Notes under the pieces: model-generated
Database searches by the model: none
What the model was told of the DNA's origin: nothing
What the model saw: the letters and a program-made list of their open reading frames with translations, nothing else
Part shown: positions 29,975 through 39,444 of the stretch, piece after piece
Layout: each line of letters opens with the position of its first letter
Numbering within the stretch: the stretch's first letter is position 1
From: Ostreococcus lucimarinus
Taxonomy: Eukaryota
Assembly (NCBI GenBank): GCA_000092065.1
Contig: CP000581.1
Reading direction: 5' to 3' (one strand)
DNA length: 64,000 nt
Translations under genes and position numbers: made by a program

Positions 29975-30724
29975 CTATCGCTTCTTGGCGTTCTTGTTCG
30001 CCGCCGGCGCGGGTTTGTTCAGGTTGATGCTCAAGATGACGTTCCACACGATGGAACACGCGGACATGTACAACACCTGGTGCTTGGTCGGGACGAAGGC
30101 GAAGTTGACGCTCGACGCCGGCACCCAGAAGGACCAACCGGCGCGAAGCGTCGGTAAGGCGTCTCGGCGCACCTTGCCCGGATACTCAGCGACGGTGCCG
30201 CCCCAGATCGCTCCCCACAGAAAGAACGTCGTCACGACGATCGGCCCTAACACGGCTTGGTTTAAGAAGACCTTGGCCGCGAACGGCGAAAGCGATTCGG
30301 CGGTGAGCGCGAACGCGCGCGCCGGAAACTTTGAAGCCAGCGCGATGTACCAGTGATGCTGCACGGGACCGTAGAAGAAGAAGTTATACAACGCTTGTTT
30401 CAGCGTGCGCTCGAAGTCGTGCGCTTCGACGACCGGGGCGGCGTTTTTATTCTTCTTTGAACCGACGGCGTCTCGCGCCGCCGCGCGTCTCGCGCCCGCG
30501 TCCCGTTTCTGCGCCACCGTGTCCCCGACGCACCCGAGCGCCGCGCACACGAGCGCAGATTTCAACAACGGCTTACCTTCGATCGCGTTGATGACATCTT
30601 TAGCCCCAGCGCGCGCGCGCACGCTTCGCGACGCGCGCTTGTTCGCGTCGAAGTGTCCCTTACCGTTGGACGAAAACGGCGAACGACCGCGGCCGAACGA
30701 CGACGACATCGGACCGAAGCGCAT
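29975..30724 (-). CDS. Mpv17/PMP22 family membrane protein
   Basis: FLNQAVLGPIVVTTFFLWGAIWGG...AGWSFWVPASSVNFAFVPTKHQVLYMSACSIVWNVILS is the conserved Mpv17/PMP22 core. Confidence 0.8.
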   Translation of the reverse strand: MRFGPMSSSFGRGRSPFSSNGKGHFDANKRASRSVRARAGAKDVINAIEGKPLLKSALVCAALGCVGDTVAQKRDAGARRAAARDAVGSKKNKNAAPVVEAHDFERTLKQALYNFFFYGPVQHHWYIALASKFPARAFALTAESLSPFAAKVFLNQAVLGPIVVTTFFLWGAIWGGTVAEYPGKVRRDALPTLRAGWSFWVPASSVNFAFVPTKHQVLYMSACSIVWNVILSINLNKPAPAANKNAKKR

Positions 30725-30882
30725 GTCGAGACGGTATCACGCGTTCGTGTCTTTCCGCGACGAGCGCTGTTTCGCTCGTTCGCGGCGATCGCGCCGAGGA
30801 ATGCCGCGCGGAAGCTCCTGGACCGCGCGTCGTCCCGATGGGACAAATGTGCACTTTTTGGACACTTCGTCGTTCGACGCGC

Positions 30883-31149
30883 TCAGCCGCCGCTGATCGG
30901 CGGTACGACCGCGAGCTCGTCTCCAGGCTTCAGCGCGGTGTCGGCCTCGCGCGCGCGGTCGACGTAGGACTGGTTCAGCGCGAACACGGCGGTGAGAAGG
31001 ACGGACTCGAGCTGAGGGTAGAGCTCGAGCAGACGCGCGCGCGCCGTGGCGACGGTCGGTGAGGCGTCGGCGTCAAGATCGACGGACGCGGACGATGTTT
31101 CGGCGAGCTCGCGCGCGCGGGCGAAGAAGAGGACGGTGATGGTCGTCAT
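30883..31149 (-). CDS. MoaD/MOCS2A-type sulfur-carrier protein (molybdopterin synthase small subunit), ends in GG
   Basis: 88 aa: MTTITVLFFARARELAETSS...YVDRAREADTALKPGDELAVVPPISGG. The MoaD fold signature (FFA..RE, C-terminal PP.SGG) is present. Confidence 0.65.
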   Translation of the reverse strand: MTTITVLFFARARELAETSSASVDLDADASPTVATARARLLELYPQLESVLLTAVFALNQSYVDRAREADTALKPGDELAVVPPISGG

Positions 31150-31320
31150 GGTTTGACGTTCGAGCGCGGGCGCTGCGCGCGAGGAGCGCTTCTACGAATC
31201 GAAAGATACATCACAACGATCGCGACCTCGAGGATTCAACGATTTGCTATTCGTTCGCTTTGAACGCTATTAATAATGTTTATGTATGGCAACGGTGCCG
31301 CGCGCGGCTTGGCGCGGGGT

Positions 31321-33723
31321 TCACTTTTCCGACGCGCCGTACCCACCCTGCTCGGCTTTCAACAACGACGATCCCACACTCGGTTCGTTGCCCGATTCCA
31401 ACTCATCGTCGTATTGTTCGCCTTCGAGCTCTGGGAACAAGCAAAAGTACAGTTCAATGAGAATCAAGACGAAGCAGAGCGAAAAACAAAACATCGCCGC
31501 GAGTTGCAGCGTCGACGTCAAGTCGAGTCCAAAGATTTCAAACTTGAACGGCGTGATCAAGCCCTTTCCGTTCGGAAGCACGAGGACATCGTCGGGTTCC
31601 AAGTACACGTCATCGCCGCGCTTCACACTCCACTTTTTTGTGGAGCCAGCGACGCAGGATCTACCATCCGTCAGCGGATAATTTTGCTCCGTGTACAAAC
31701 CGCACGTGCCGTACCCGCCTTCGCCGAGCTCCATGGAGAGCTTGGCATATCCATCTTCGCCCCAATCCGAGTCGTACGAGTTCTTCATTATCCAATACCC
31801 TTGTTTCGACTGCTGGTCGTAGCCCCAGCCCACTAAAACAGCGGCGTGGTTAATTGCGAGAAGCGGGTCGCTATCCGCCGGCGGGCAGTCGTGTAGGCGC
31901 ACGATGCCGCCGCCATACAACTGCAGCGGTTTGATGTTCACGCCGACCGCCACCGTTTGCTGCTGCAGCGCACGCATGAGATTGATGAGCGTCGATTCCC
32001 CCTCTAAAGGTGGGATTTCGCAGTATCCATCAATCTTCACGCCTCGCGACTGATCCGATTTTACCACCTCGCAACTGCTTCCTTCGGGGAAATCGGTGGC
32101 GACAAGTACGCCTTTAGGCTGCACATTGATCCACGCGTACGCCGTGGCCATGTTCCCAGTGTTGCATGCCGAGTCCAGGTTGTCACACGACAACAAATGA
32201 TACGGGCTGACAGCCATGCGAGAGCCCGTCGCAATCGCCTTGCTATCGCCAACAACTTGAGCGGTGGTGAACGCCCAGCATCCAGAGCACATCCCCTGAC
32301 TATAAATAGGACCAATATCTATCTTTTTGCGCCAATCCATGGACTCATTAAATCCTTGGGAAGTGAATTCAAATTTTCCGAGCGAGCCGACGGCGTCAAA
32401 CGCGTCGTCGCGGCGATGACGAGCTGAGCTGCTGAAGGAAATCCGCGAGCGCCGGGAGTGCGGCCGAGTGGCGTGCAACGCGGCAACGTCCTCAGCGGAC
32501 AAATCGCCCAGTTTCGGCAATCTCACGACGTTGCTATCCTCAACTGTCGCGTTTGCATACGTGGCGTGATCACGCGCAAACTCGTCACTTTCTAAATCAG
32601 CAAAGCGCGTCACGCGCTTAATCATGCCCCCTCGCTTGTTCGTCGCCTCGATGTCTCTCAAATTCTTCAAAAACACCGTCTGCCTTCGAAAAGCCTCGCC
32701 GCACGGGTACGATTTATCCGCGCAATACGTTTTCTGCTTCCCGTAACGAGCGACGAAATCGACGAACCGCCTATCTAAACCATCCTTTTTGCCAAGCCGC
32801 GCTTCATCCGCTTCGTCCGTCGGCGCCTCGACGGACGGCGTTTGCTTCTCCTTTTCCGCCTCGTTGTCCACAACCTTAGCTCGCACCACCTTCGCCCGCT
32901 TCGCGTTCGCATCGACGTTCGACTTTTCTACCGTCGACGCTTCCGCGGATTGCGGGTTTTTGCTCTGATTCGCTGCCGACTTCGCCTTGGTCGGCTTGAC
33001 GCCCAACGCCGCGACCTCGACGCCGCGCTTCTTGTGATGCGTTCTTCGCTCGTACGCCACGTGCCTTTGCTCAAACTCCTCCTCAGTCAAATCAGCGAAC
33101 TTGCCAACGCGCATGCGCATCCCATTTGGCGGTACATTCGCGTTATGTGCGTCCACCTTGGCCACGTTTGCCTCGAAAATCCTCTCCCTTCGCAGACTCT
33201 CCTCGCACGGCAGTCGTTCCTCACCGCAATACCTCTTCGCCCGTTCCCCGTGACGCGACAACCACGCCAAAAACCGATCACCGTGTCGCGCCGGCGCATC
33301 GACGCCGTCCCGATCGTCCCCACCCGCGTCCGTTCGCGTCGTCGTCGTCGCTTCCGCGTCGTCCGTCTTCAACACCCTCTCGGTCGCCCCGAGTTCGATC
33401 GCATCCTTCCTCTTCACCCGCGCCGCTTCGTCCAGCGCCTGCGCCCAGACGCTTCCCGGGATTATGAGTTCGTTCTCGATCGCCGCCGCCGCGCGCACGT
33501 CCGGGTCGATCAACGACGCCGCGGTCTCGCCCTTGACGTAGTGTCCAAAGCTCAGCAGCGGGGCGTCGGCGTCGACGTCGTCGGCGCTCGCGACGGCGCG
33601 CGCGACGGCGTCGATCGCGATCGCGACGATCGCGATTGTTTTGACGGCGCGCGCGGCGAAGCGCGCGCGGCGACCGCGGCGCATCGCGCGCGGGCGTGTG
33701 CCGACGATCAAAATCAAAATCAA
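31321..33723 (-). CDS. Papain-family (C1A) cysteine protease with two tandem I29 propeptide-inhibitor domains and a C-terminal TM anchor
   Basis: 800 aa. Catalytic QGMCSGCWAFTTAQVVGDSKAI. Two I29-like units (RFLAWLSRHGERAKRYCGEEE...RIFEANVAKVDAHN; RFVDFVARYGKQKTYCADKS...TVFLKNLRDIEATN). C-terminal hydrophobic AAMFCFSLCFVLILIELYFCLF followed by an acidic tail. N-terminal signal/anchor. Confidence 0.8.
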   Translation of the reverse strand: MILILIVGTRPRAMRRGRRARFAARAVKTIAIVAIAIDAVARAVASADDVDADAPLLSFGHYVKGETAASLIDPDVRAAAAIENELIIPGSVWAQALDEAARVKRKDAIELGATERVLKTDDAEATTTTRTDAGGDDRDGVDAPARHGDRFLAWLSRHGERAKRYCGEERLPCEESLRRERIFEANVAKVDAHNANVPPNGMRMRVGKFADLTEEEFEQRHVAYERRTHHKKRGVEVAALGVKPTKAKSAANQSKNPQSAEASTVEKSNVDANAKRAKVVRAKVVDNEAEKEKQTPSVEAPTDEADEARLGKKDGLDRRFVDFVARYGKQKTYCADKSYPCGEAFRRQTVFLKNLRDIEATNKRGGMIKRVTRFADLESDEFARDHATYANATVEDSNVVRLPKLGDLSAEDVAALHATRPHSRRSRISFSSSARHRRDDAFDAVGSLGKFEFTSQGFNESMDWRKKIDIGPIYSQGMCSGCWAFTTAQVVGDSKAIATGSRMAVSPYHLLSCDNLDSACNTGNMATAYAWINVQPKGVLVATDFPEGSSCEVVKSDQSRGVKIDGYCEIPPLEGESTLINLMRALQQQTVAVGVNIKPLQLYGGGIVRLHDCPPADSDPLLAINHAAVLVGWGYDQQSKQGYWIMKNSYDSDWGEDGYAKLSMELGEGGYGTCGLYTEQNYPLTDGRSCVAGSTKKWSVKRGDDVYLEPDDVLVLPNGKGLITPFKFEIFGLDLTSTLQLAAMFCFSLCFVLILIELYFCLFPELEGEQYDDELESGNEPSVGSSLLKAEQGGYGASEK

Positions 33724-33788
33724 ATGACTTTCGGGGTGTTGAGCTTTTTGAGACGAAGGCGCGCCGAGCTACGATTTCAGTCGTCTTC

Positions 33789-35481
33789 TTACAATTCTGA
33801 GTCTACGATGGGCGCTAGCGCCGCTCGAGCGTCTTCGATGACGCGATTCAAGTCGTGCGGGGCGCCGGCGATGAGCCTGGCGAAGGCGCGGACGAGGAAT
33901 GGGGCGGCGGCGTCGAGGTAGGCGCGGACGCACGCGAGGAAGGCGGCGCGCGCGCGGTCGTCTCGAGCCGCGGATGCATCCTTGGATTGGCCGTGCGCGA
34001 GCAAGGAGGCGGTGGCGCGGCTGAACGCAGACTCGAGGGAACGTGCGAGCCGAAGGTTGAGCTCGAGGGCGGGGGTGAGGTGTCGAAGCTCGTTGTACGC
34101 CAAGAGGACGCCGTTGACGAAGGCGGCGAGCGGGACGTGATCGGCCAACGTCGCGGGCGGACCCTCGACGTTATCGCCTGCCTCTGTTTTCGCAGCCAAA
34201 GGTGTGGATTCAGCGGTGGACGATGCCGCCGTCCATGTCGCCGATGCGAGCGCGCGCTCGAAATCATCACCCGCGGAAGCGAGCGCGGCGTCGAAGACGG
34301 CCATCGCCGCGTCGCCGAACACAGGGCGCAACAGCGGCCTCGTGTCCAATCCCACGCGCGCCAAGCTCGTGCCGCAATACTCGCAGTGCTCGTACACCGA
34401 CGCCAGCGCTCCACCTTCGTACACGCGCGGAAGCGTGGCCTTGACTAAGTCCAAATATTTGGAGATCCTATGCGTTGCCCAGCTGTACAACAACGCGCCG
34501 CCGTCTTCGCCCGCGTCGTCACCCGCTTCGTCTGAAAATATCGCCCTATACTGCATGACGACGTCGAACAGCGACACGCGATGGGTGTCCGTGAGCTTTT
34601 TCAAGTACTCGTATGCGTTCGTGTCATCCAACTCCCCGACCGTATTCGCGATGTACTCTTCTCGGCACGCCAAAAACGTCCTGCGCAGCGTCGTCTCGTC
34701 GTACGCGCTCAAACGCCTCAAATACCCCACCATCCGCAAGCACTCCGGCAACTGTATTCCCACTCGCAACCGCGCTAACAATGCTCGCAACATCTCCGCA
34801 CTCGACGCCCGCGCCTCGTCCGCTAACCTCTTCACCAACGCAATATCCCCGTGCGTCGCTTCCATCTTCGCCACGAAATTTTCCAAATCCAGCGCCTCGT
34901 CGTAGTGCCCGTTCCGCACGCACGCATCCAGCAACTTCGGCACCTCCAGCAATTCCGCCACCGCCCCAGAGTTATTCATCAGCGTCCGATTCATCGCTCG
35001 CGCTTTCGCGATCTCTTTCGCGCCTTTCACGAATCCATCGCATCCGCGCTTCAAATCCGGCAGTTGCGCCTCGAGCGTCTCCAACAGCGTCGCCGCGTCC
35101 TTCACCTCCGCCCTCACCGCCGCGTAGCACGCCGCGGCGTCGATGTACGCGCGGTAGTTTCGGACGCTGACGTCTTCAAGTCGTCGTTTAGCGCGCGCGG
35201 CGTCCTCTTCGAGTCGTTTGGGTTCCTACGCCGCGGAAAGATCATCACTCGTCAGTGGGCGGTCGGGACATTTCGTGAGATTTCGTCAAAGAATGCGTCG
35301 TCGCGCGCGCGTGGGCGAGCGCGCGCACCTCCGCGAGGTTCTCGACGCCGCGAGAGAGTAGCTGTGCGACGTAAGTCGCGTCGGAAGGGTGGCTCGACGT
35401 CATCGAGCGCGCGAGGCGCGACTTGAAGTGAGGATTACTGGACGCGCGAGGCGAGCTCGTCGGGGCGCGCGTCGGACTCAT
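33789..35481 (-). CDS. COG8: Conserved oligomeric Golgi complex subunit 8 (COG8/Dor1), two exons: 33789..35225 and 35329..35481
   Basis: Exon 2 carries LLEVPKLLDACVRNGHYDEALDLENFVAKME (compare COG8 [26 protein letters not shown]). Upstream exon MSPTRAPTSS...SDATYVAQLLSRGVENLAE is joined through GT(35328)...AG(35226), a 103-nt intron, to EPKRLEEDAARAKRRLEDVSVRNYRAYI, reproducing COG8 GLERLRREPERLAEEAAQL...NYKTFI. Both exon frames are open and in phase 0. Confidence 0.75.
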
Positions 35482-35575
35482 CGATGTCAAAACTCGTTGT
35501 AAATTACACACTAAGCGCGCGCGCTGTAAAAATGAAAGATATAAGTAAGTAGTAGTAGGCAAAGAGGGAGAGAGA

Positions 35576-38290
35576 TTACAGGAGAGTGGCCCAAGCCTTG
35601 GCGGGCTGGACGCCGCGAGGGGCGTCGGCGGCGCCGCCGGTAGCGAGGGACGGAAACGCCTCCTCGCATTCGACGACTGGGACTCTCGTTTTGCCTTTAC
35701 GCGAACGAACGCGCTTGGTCTTGGACTGTGCGTTTGATGAATCGTTCCCGGCGGCGGAATCGTCGGACTGCGGGGTGATGGTGTGCTCCCCGGGAGACCC
35801 TTCCATCGGCGAGGACTGGGAGGAGTCTTCGGCGACGAGCGCTGGCGTCTTGGGGCGATCGTCCACGACGGGTTTCTCCGCGTTGGCCTTGAGAACGTCG
35901 ATAGGTGCTGATCCTTTCGGACCCCACGAAGGCTTTACCGTCGATGGCGTCGCCGCCACGTCGTCAAGCGAAGCCGAAGATGTATCCGTCAACGCGACAT
36001 TGACAGCCAGCTTGTCCTCGATGTCTTTTTTCAGCATGGCCGCCATCGTGACTGCTTTGTCTTCCTCGCTCGTCGGCTGCTCGTTCATGAACTTGGCCGG
36101 AAGCTTTGCGACTCCGCTCCACGCTTGTGGAAACGTGGGCGACGGCCTCGGCGATCGAGTTCGCCGCGGCGCGTCATCCTCGATCGAGGATGACGCCTCT
36201 TTGGCTGGATCGACCTCTTTGGCTGGATCGACGTGCGGAAAGTGCGCGCTCATATCCTCGAAAACAGCAGTAGAGTTGTTGTCGCTCGCGTAACCACGCT
36301 TCGCCGTGCCCAGTGGCGGCACTCCCGGAGGAGGAGGTGGTGGAACAGCCGATTGGAAACTTTGTTGCGCCGCGCTCTTGCTCGCCTTGTTGCTCCTAGA
36401 CGCGTTTCGAGAACGGTTGTACGGAGGACGATTACCGTTGCCTCGTCGATTATTGTTGTTGGAACTTCGACGCCGGTCATCACCACTTCGTCTTGCCGCG
36501 ATCGTTCGCTCGTGCGCGCGTCGGTGGTGGAACACACCAAAAGCCAAATGCTCACGAATGGTGTCAAGACATCCGGTAAAGATGTCATTGATGCCCGGCG
36601 CGGTGGCGTCCTCGGGGATGGGCGGCTGCTTACTATCTGCACCATCGCACGAGTCGTGCTGTTCGCCAGAATCGTCCGAAAAAAAACTCTGAGGCGGTGA
36701 TGTGGACATTTGCGCGCTGTCGTCGTCGATTGATCGTCGCTCGTCACTCGTCGGAACTCGCTGCTCATCCCCGAGAGCGTCCCAGCGACCCCAGTGGATG
36801 CCGCGCTCTTGTTCAGAGAGTGAACCCATGGACTCGCTTCGCTTGTGAAGACCGCCGCGCTCTGGCGAGGGTGGATCGCCGAGCGTGGGCCAATGGTTCG
36901 CCGCGACGGCTGACGACTCGTCGGCTTCCGCGTCCTTCGACTCCGAGTCTTCCATGTTCAGCTGTCTCGGTTGTAACTCGTCCACGACCGAGCGCGTGTG
37001 AGGATGCGTCGCGAGCGCGGTCGCCGGTGTCGTGCCTTCGACGAGGCAGCTTCTCGAACGTAAAGCGATGGCGCTTGTCGGCATTCCCATGGGCGTCATT
37101 GAAACCTCATCGGCGTGCGAGCATCCCCCCGGCGTGTCCGGCGCGTGCGGAAGCGGGTAAAGTAAACGCCTGTGACGTAAGATGTTCCCAAACATTTCCA
37201 CGAACCCTCGCAACACACCGACGTCATCGCGCGCCGCAGAAGAGGCCATCAGCGCATCCAGACGTTGCGCTCCAAGCTTGAGCGCCGCGCGCACGCGTCT
37301 ATAATTGCCGCAAGATACAGAGCGGCCTAAGTTGTTATTGGGTAAAAGAGGATCGATGATGTTCATGTACTTCACGGTCACGGGCGCTGAGCTCGCCGCC
37401 GCGCGCATGAACTCGCAACTGTACGTCGACAACATCGTCCGCATGAACTCTTCGGTGATCAAACCACCCTCCAGACACTCGTCGGGCGGCGTCGCGATGC
37501 CCTCGATCGCCACCGGTCCGTGAATCGTGAGCGCGTAGCCTTCCCAATCAAACTCGGCGAAAACGCTCAAAAGCTTGTGCAACACGGACAACGGGCACGT
37601 CAAGTCGGCGTGATACTTGTTGATGATGTACAAAACGAGCGTCTCCAACGCGTACGTGGAAATCAAGGCGTGATGCGCTCCTAAGATGCGCCCCTCGTAA
37701 AATCCCCAAGCCTTGACGAGAATGATCGAGCGCACGAACAAATCGTCCCTACCGATGAACGCGTTCATCTCTTCTAAAAATCCGAGCGACGCCAAGCCAC
37801 CAAACTGATTGGCGCTCACGTCCACCATCATCCCGTCCACGATGCACTTCATCAGCCGTACCTCTGCGTTGATCACGCTCACCTCACTCACCGCGAACTC
37901 GTGGGGCGGATCCGCCTCCGCCTCCGCCTTCTCGATGTGTTTCCTAAACTTGGTCGTCCACTGCGCCTTATCGATCACGCGATGATCACCCAGCAAGCAC
38001 ACGTCGATGTCGCCGTCCGGAAGATACGCCCGCAGCGGCACGCTCCCGTACGCGCTCACCAGCGTGTGCGCCGTCCCGAAGCACTCCTGCGCCAACTGTT
38101 TGATGTGCTCAAACACCGCCCGTCGCCGAATCTCGCTCATCTCCGTCGGCCGCAGCGACGCCACGAGCTCGTTCGTCAGCGTCTCCAGTCCGCCCGCGTC
38201 CCCGCTCGCGCTCGCGCGTCCGCTCCCCGCGCTCCGCTCCCGTTTCGCCCCTCCCGGCGCGCGTTCGCTCGCGTACGGGCACCTCGACAT
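35576..38290 (-). CDS. Nucleotidyltransferase-fold protein (Pol-beta-like NTase + PAP/OAS1 substrate-binding-like region) with long low-complexity C-terminus
   Basis: GSVPLRAYLPDGDIDVCLLGD is the GS...D.D NTase motif, followed by a region resembling the PAP/OAS1 substrate-binding domain. The C-terminal ~450 aa are S/R/N-rich. Confidence 0.55.
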   Translation of the reverse strand: MSRCPYASERAPGGAKRERSAGSGRASASGDAGGLETLTNELVASLRPTEMSEIRRRAVFEHIKQLAQECFGTAHTLVSAYGSVPLRAYLPDGDIDVCLLGDHRVIDKAQWTTKFRKHIEKAEAEADPPHEFAVSEVSVINAEVRLMKCIVDGMMVDVSANQFGGLASLGFLEEMNAFIGRDDLFVRSIILVKAWGFYEGRILGAHHALISTYALETLVLYIINKYHADLTCPLSVLHKLLSVFAEFDWEGYALTIHGPVAIEGIATPPDECLEGGLITEEFMRTMLSTYSCEFMRAAASSAPVTVKYMNIIDPLLPNNNLGRSVSCGNYRRVRAALKLGAQRLDALMASSAARDDVGVLRGFVEMFGNILRHRRLLYPLPHAPDTPGGCSHADEVSMTPMGMPTSAIALRSRSCLVEGTTPATALATHPHTRSVVDELQPRQLNMEDSESKDAEADESSAVAANHWPTLGDPPSPERGGLHKRSESMGSLSEQERGIHWGRWDALGDEQRVPTSDERRSIDDDSAQMSTSPPQSFFSDDSGEQHDSCDGADSKQPPIPEDATAPGINDIFTGCLDTIREHLAFGVFHHRRAHERTIAARRSGDDRRRSSNNNNRRGNGNRPPYNRSRNASRSNKASKSAAQQSFQSAVPPPPPPGVPPLGTAKRGYASDNNSTAVFEDMSAHFPHVDPAKEVDPAKEASSSIEDDAPRRTRSPRPSPTFPQAWSGVAKLPAKFMNEQPTSEEDKAVTMAAMLKKDIEDKLAVNVALTDTSSASLDDVAATPSTVKPSWGPKGSAPIDVLKANAEKPVVDDRPKTPALVAEDSSQSSPMEGSPGEHTITPQSDDSAAGNDSSNAQSKTKRVRSRKGKTRVPVVECEEAFPSLATGGAADAPRGVQPAKAWATLL

Positions 38291-38739
38291 CGTCGTCCGT
38301 CGTCCGTCGCGCCCGTCGCCCTCGCCCGCGTCCCTCTCGCGTGCCTTTCGCGCGTCGTCGGCGTCGCGCGTCGGCGCCGCTCGAATCCGTCGTCGCGTCG
38401 CGATCGCGTCGGCGTCGTCGTCTCGCGTCGATCGCGCGCGCCGTCGGGTCGATCGCGCGCGAGAGTTCGCCCGCGCGCGCGTCGCGCGCCTCGGCGCGCT
38501 CGCGCGTCGTCGTCTCGCGCCGGCGCCGTCGCGCGCGCGGTGCCGCCCTATCCGGACGGGGCGTCGCGCGCGTGATTCCGCTGTCTCACTGTTTGCCCAT
38601 AGGATGGGCGTCCGCCGCGGCGACCGCGCGTCGCGCGCCGCAGAGCGCGGCGCGCGGCGACGCGAGCGCGCGTTTTCGAAGGCGCGACTCGCGCGCGCGC
38701 GGCGACCGCGACTCGCGCGCGCGCGCGGGCGCGACGGCG

Positions 38740-39399
38740 ATGGCGCGGCGACGCCAACGTTCGAAGTGGCGGTTGACGACGACGCTGACGGCGACGACGC
38801 TCGCGACGGCGATCGGACGCGCGCGCGTGGGCCGAGCGCAGTTCCAGCGCGCGACGGATTACGAGTATCGCGTGTGCGCGGAACAGCCGGGAGAGTACGC
38901 GACGACGCAGACGGACGGGACGACGGCGACGCGGGCGCGGTGCGTGTCGCTGGACGCGGGCGAGCTCGGGTTCTGCGCGGGGATCGCGTACGACGCGTGC
39001 GTGCGCACGAATCCGCCGTCGACGCAGGATAAACGCGTGCTGAGCGCGTTCGAGAGGATGACGAAGATGCAAAGCGCGATGGCGCCGGAATTAGCGGGGG
39101 AGCCGACGTGCCTGGTGGTGATGGCGGAGTACATGTGCGCGGTGGCGTTTCCGAGGTGCGATCCGGATCCGTTGGAGGCGACGAAGTACAACGAGGTGCC
39201 GGCGTGTTGGGATTATTGCACGAATTCGGTGTTCGGGTGCACGGGGGAGATGGCGACGGCGATGGACGTGTGTAATCGTTCGGTGTACGCGGGGGTGGTG
39301 GTGGCGCAAGACAGGCCAGACGTTAAGTGCGTGAGCGGGGCGGGCGAGTTGGTGTTGATCACCGTCGCGATGATGACCGTCGCGCTCGTGCTCCTGTAG
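38740..39399 (+). CDS. Cysteine-rich (12 Cys) predicted secreted/GPI- or TM-anchored protein, paralog A
   Basis: ATG at 38740 within ORF 38341..39399 (upstream part is R-rich, likely non-coding). Cys spacing C-x10-C-x7-C ... C-x7-C-x6-C ... C-x3-C-x6-C-x9-C. C-terminal hydrophobic ELVLITVAMMTVALVLL. Confidence 0.5.
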   Translation: MARRRQRSKWRLTTTLTATTLATAIGRARVGRAQFQRATDYEYRVCAEQPGEYATTQTDGTTATRARCVSLDAGELGFCAGIAYDACVRTNPPSTQDKRVLSAFERMTKMQSAMAPELAGEPTCLVVMAEYMCAVAFPRCDPDPLEATKYNEVPACWDYCTNSVFGCTGEMATAMDVCNRSVYAGVVVAQDRPDVKCVSGAGELVLITVAMMTVALVLL

Positions 39400-39444
39400 A
39401 TTTGGGTTTAGCTAGGTACCCGTACTGTACAATACTATCGCGCG

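Noticed and set aside
33855-34448. Plus-strand ORFs 33855..34448 and 34204..34905 inside COG8
   Set aside because: Antisense to the COG8 coding exon, whose translation aligns with COG8/Dor1. No independent support.
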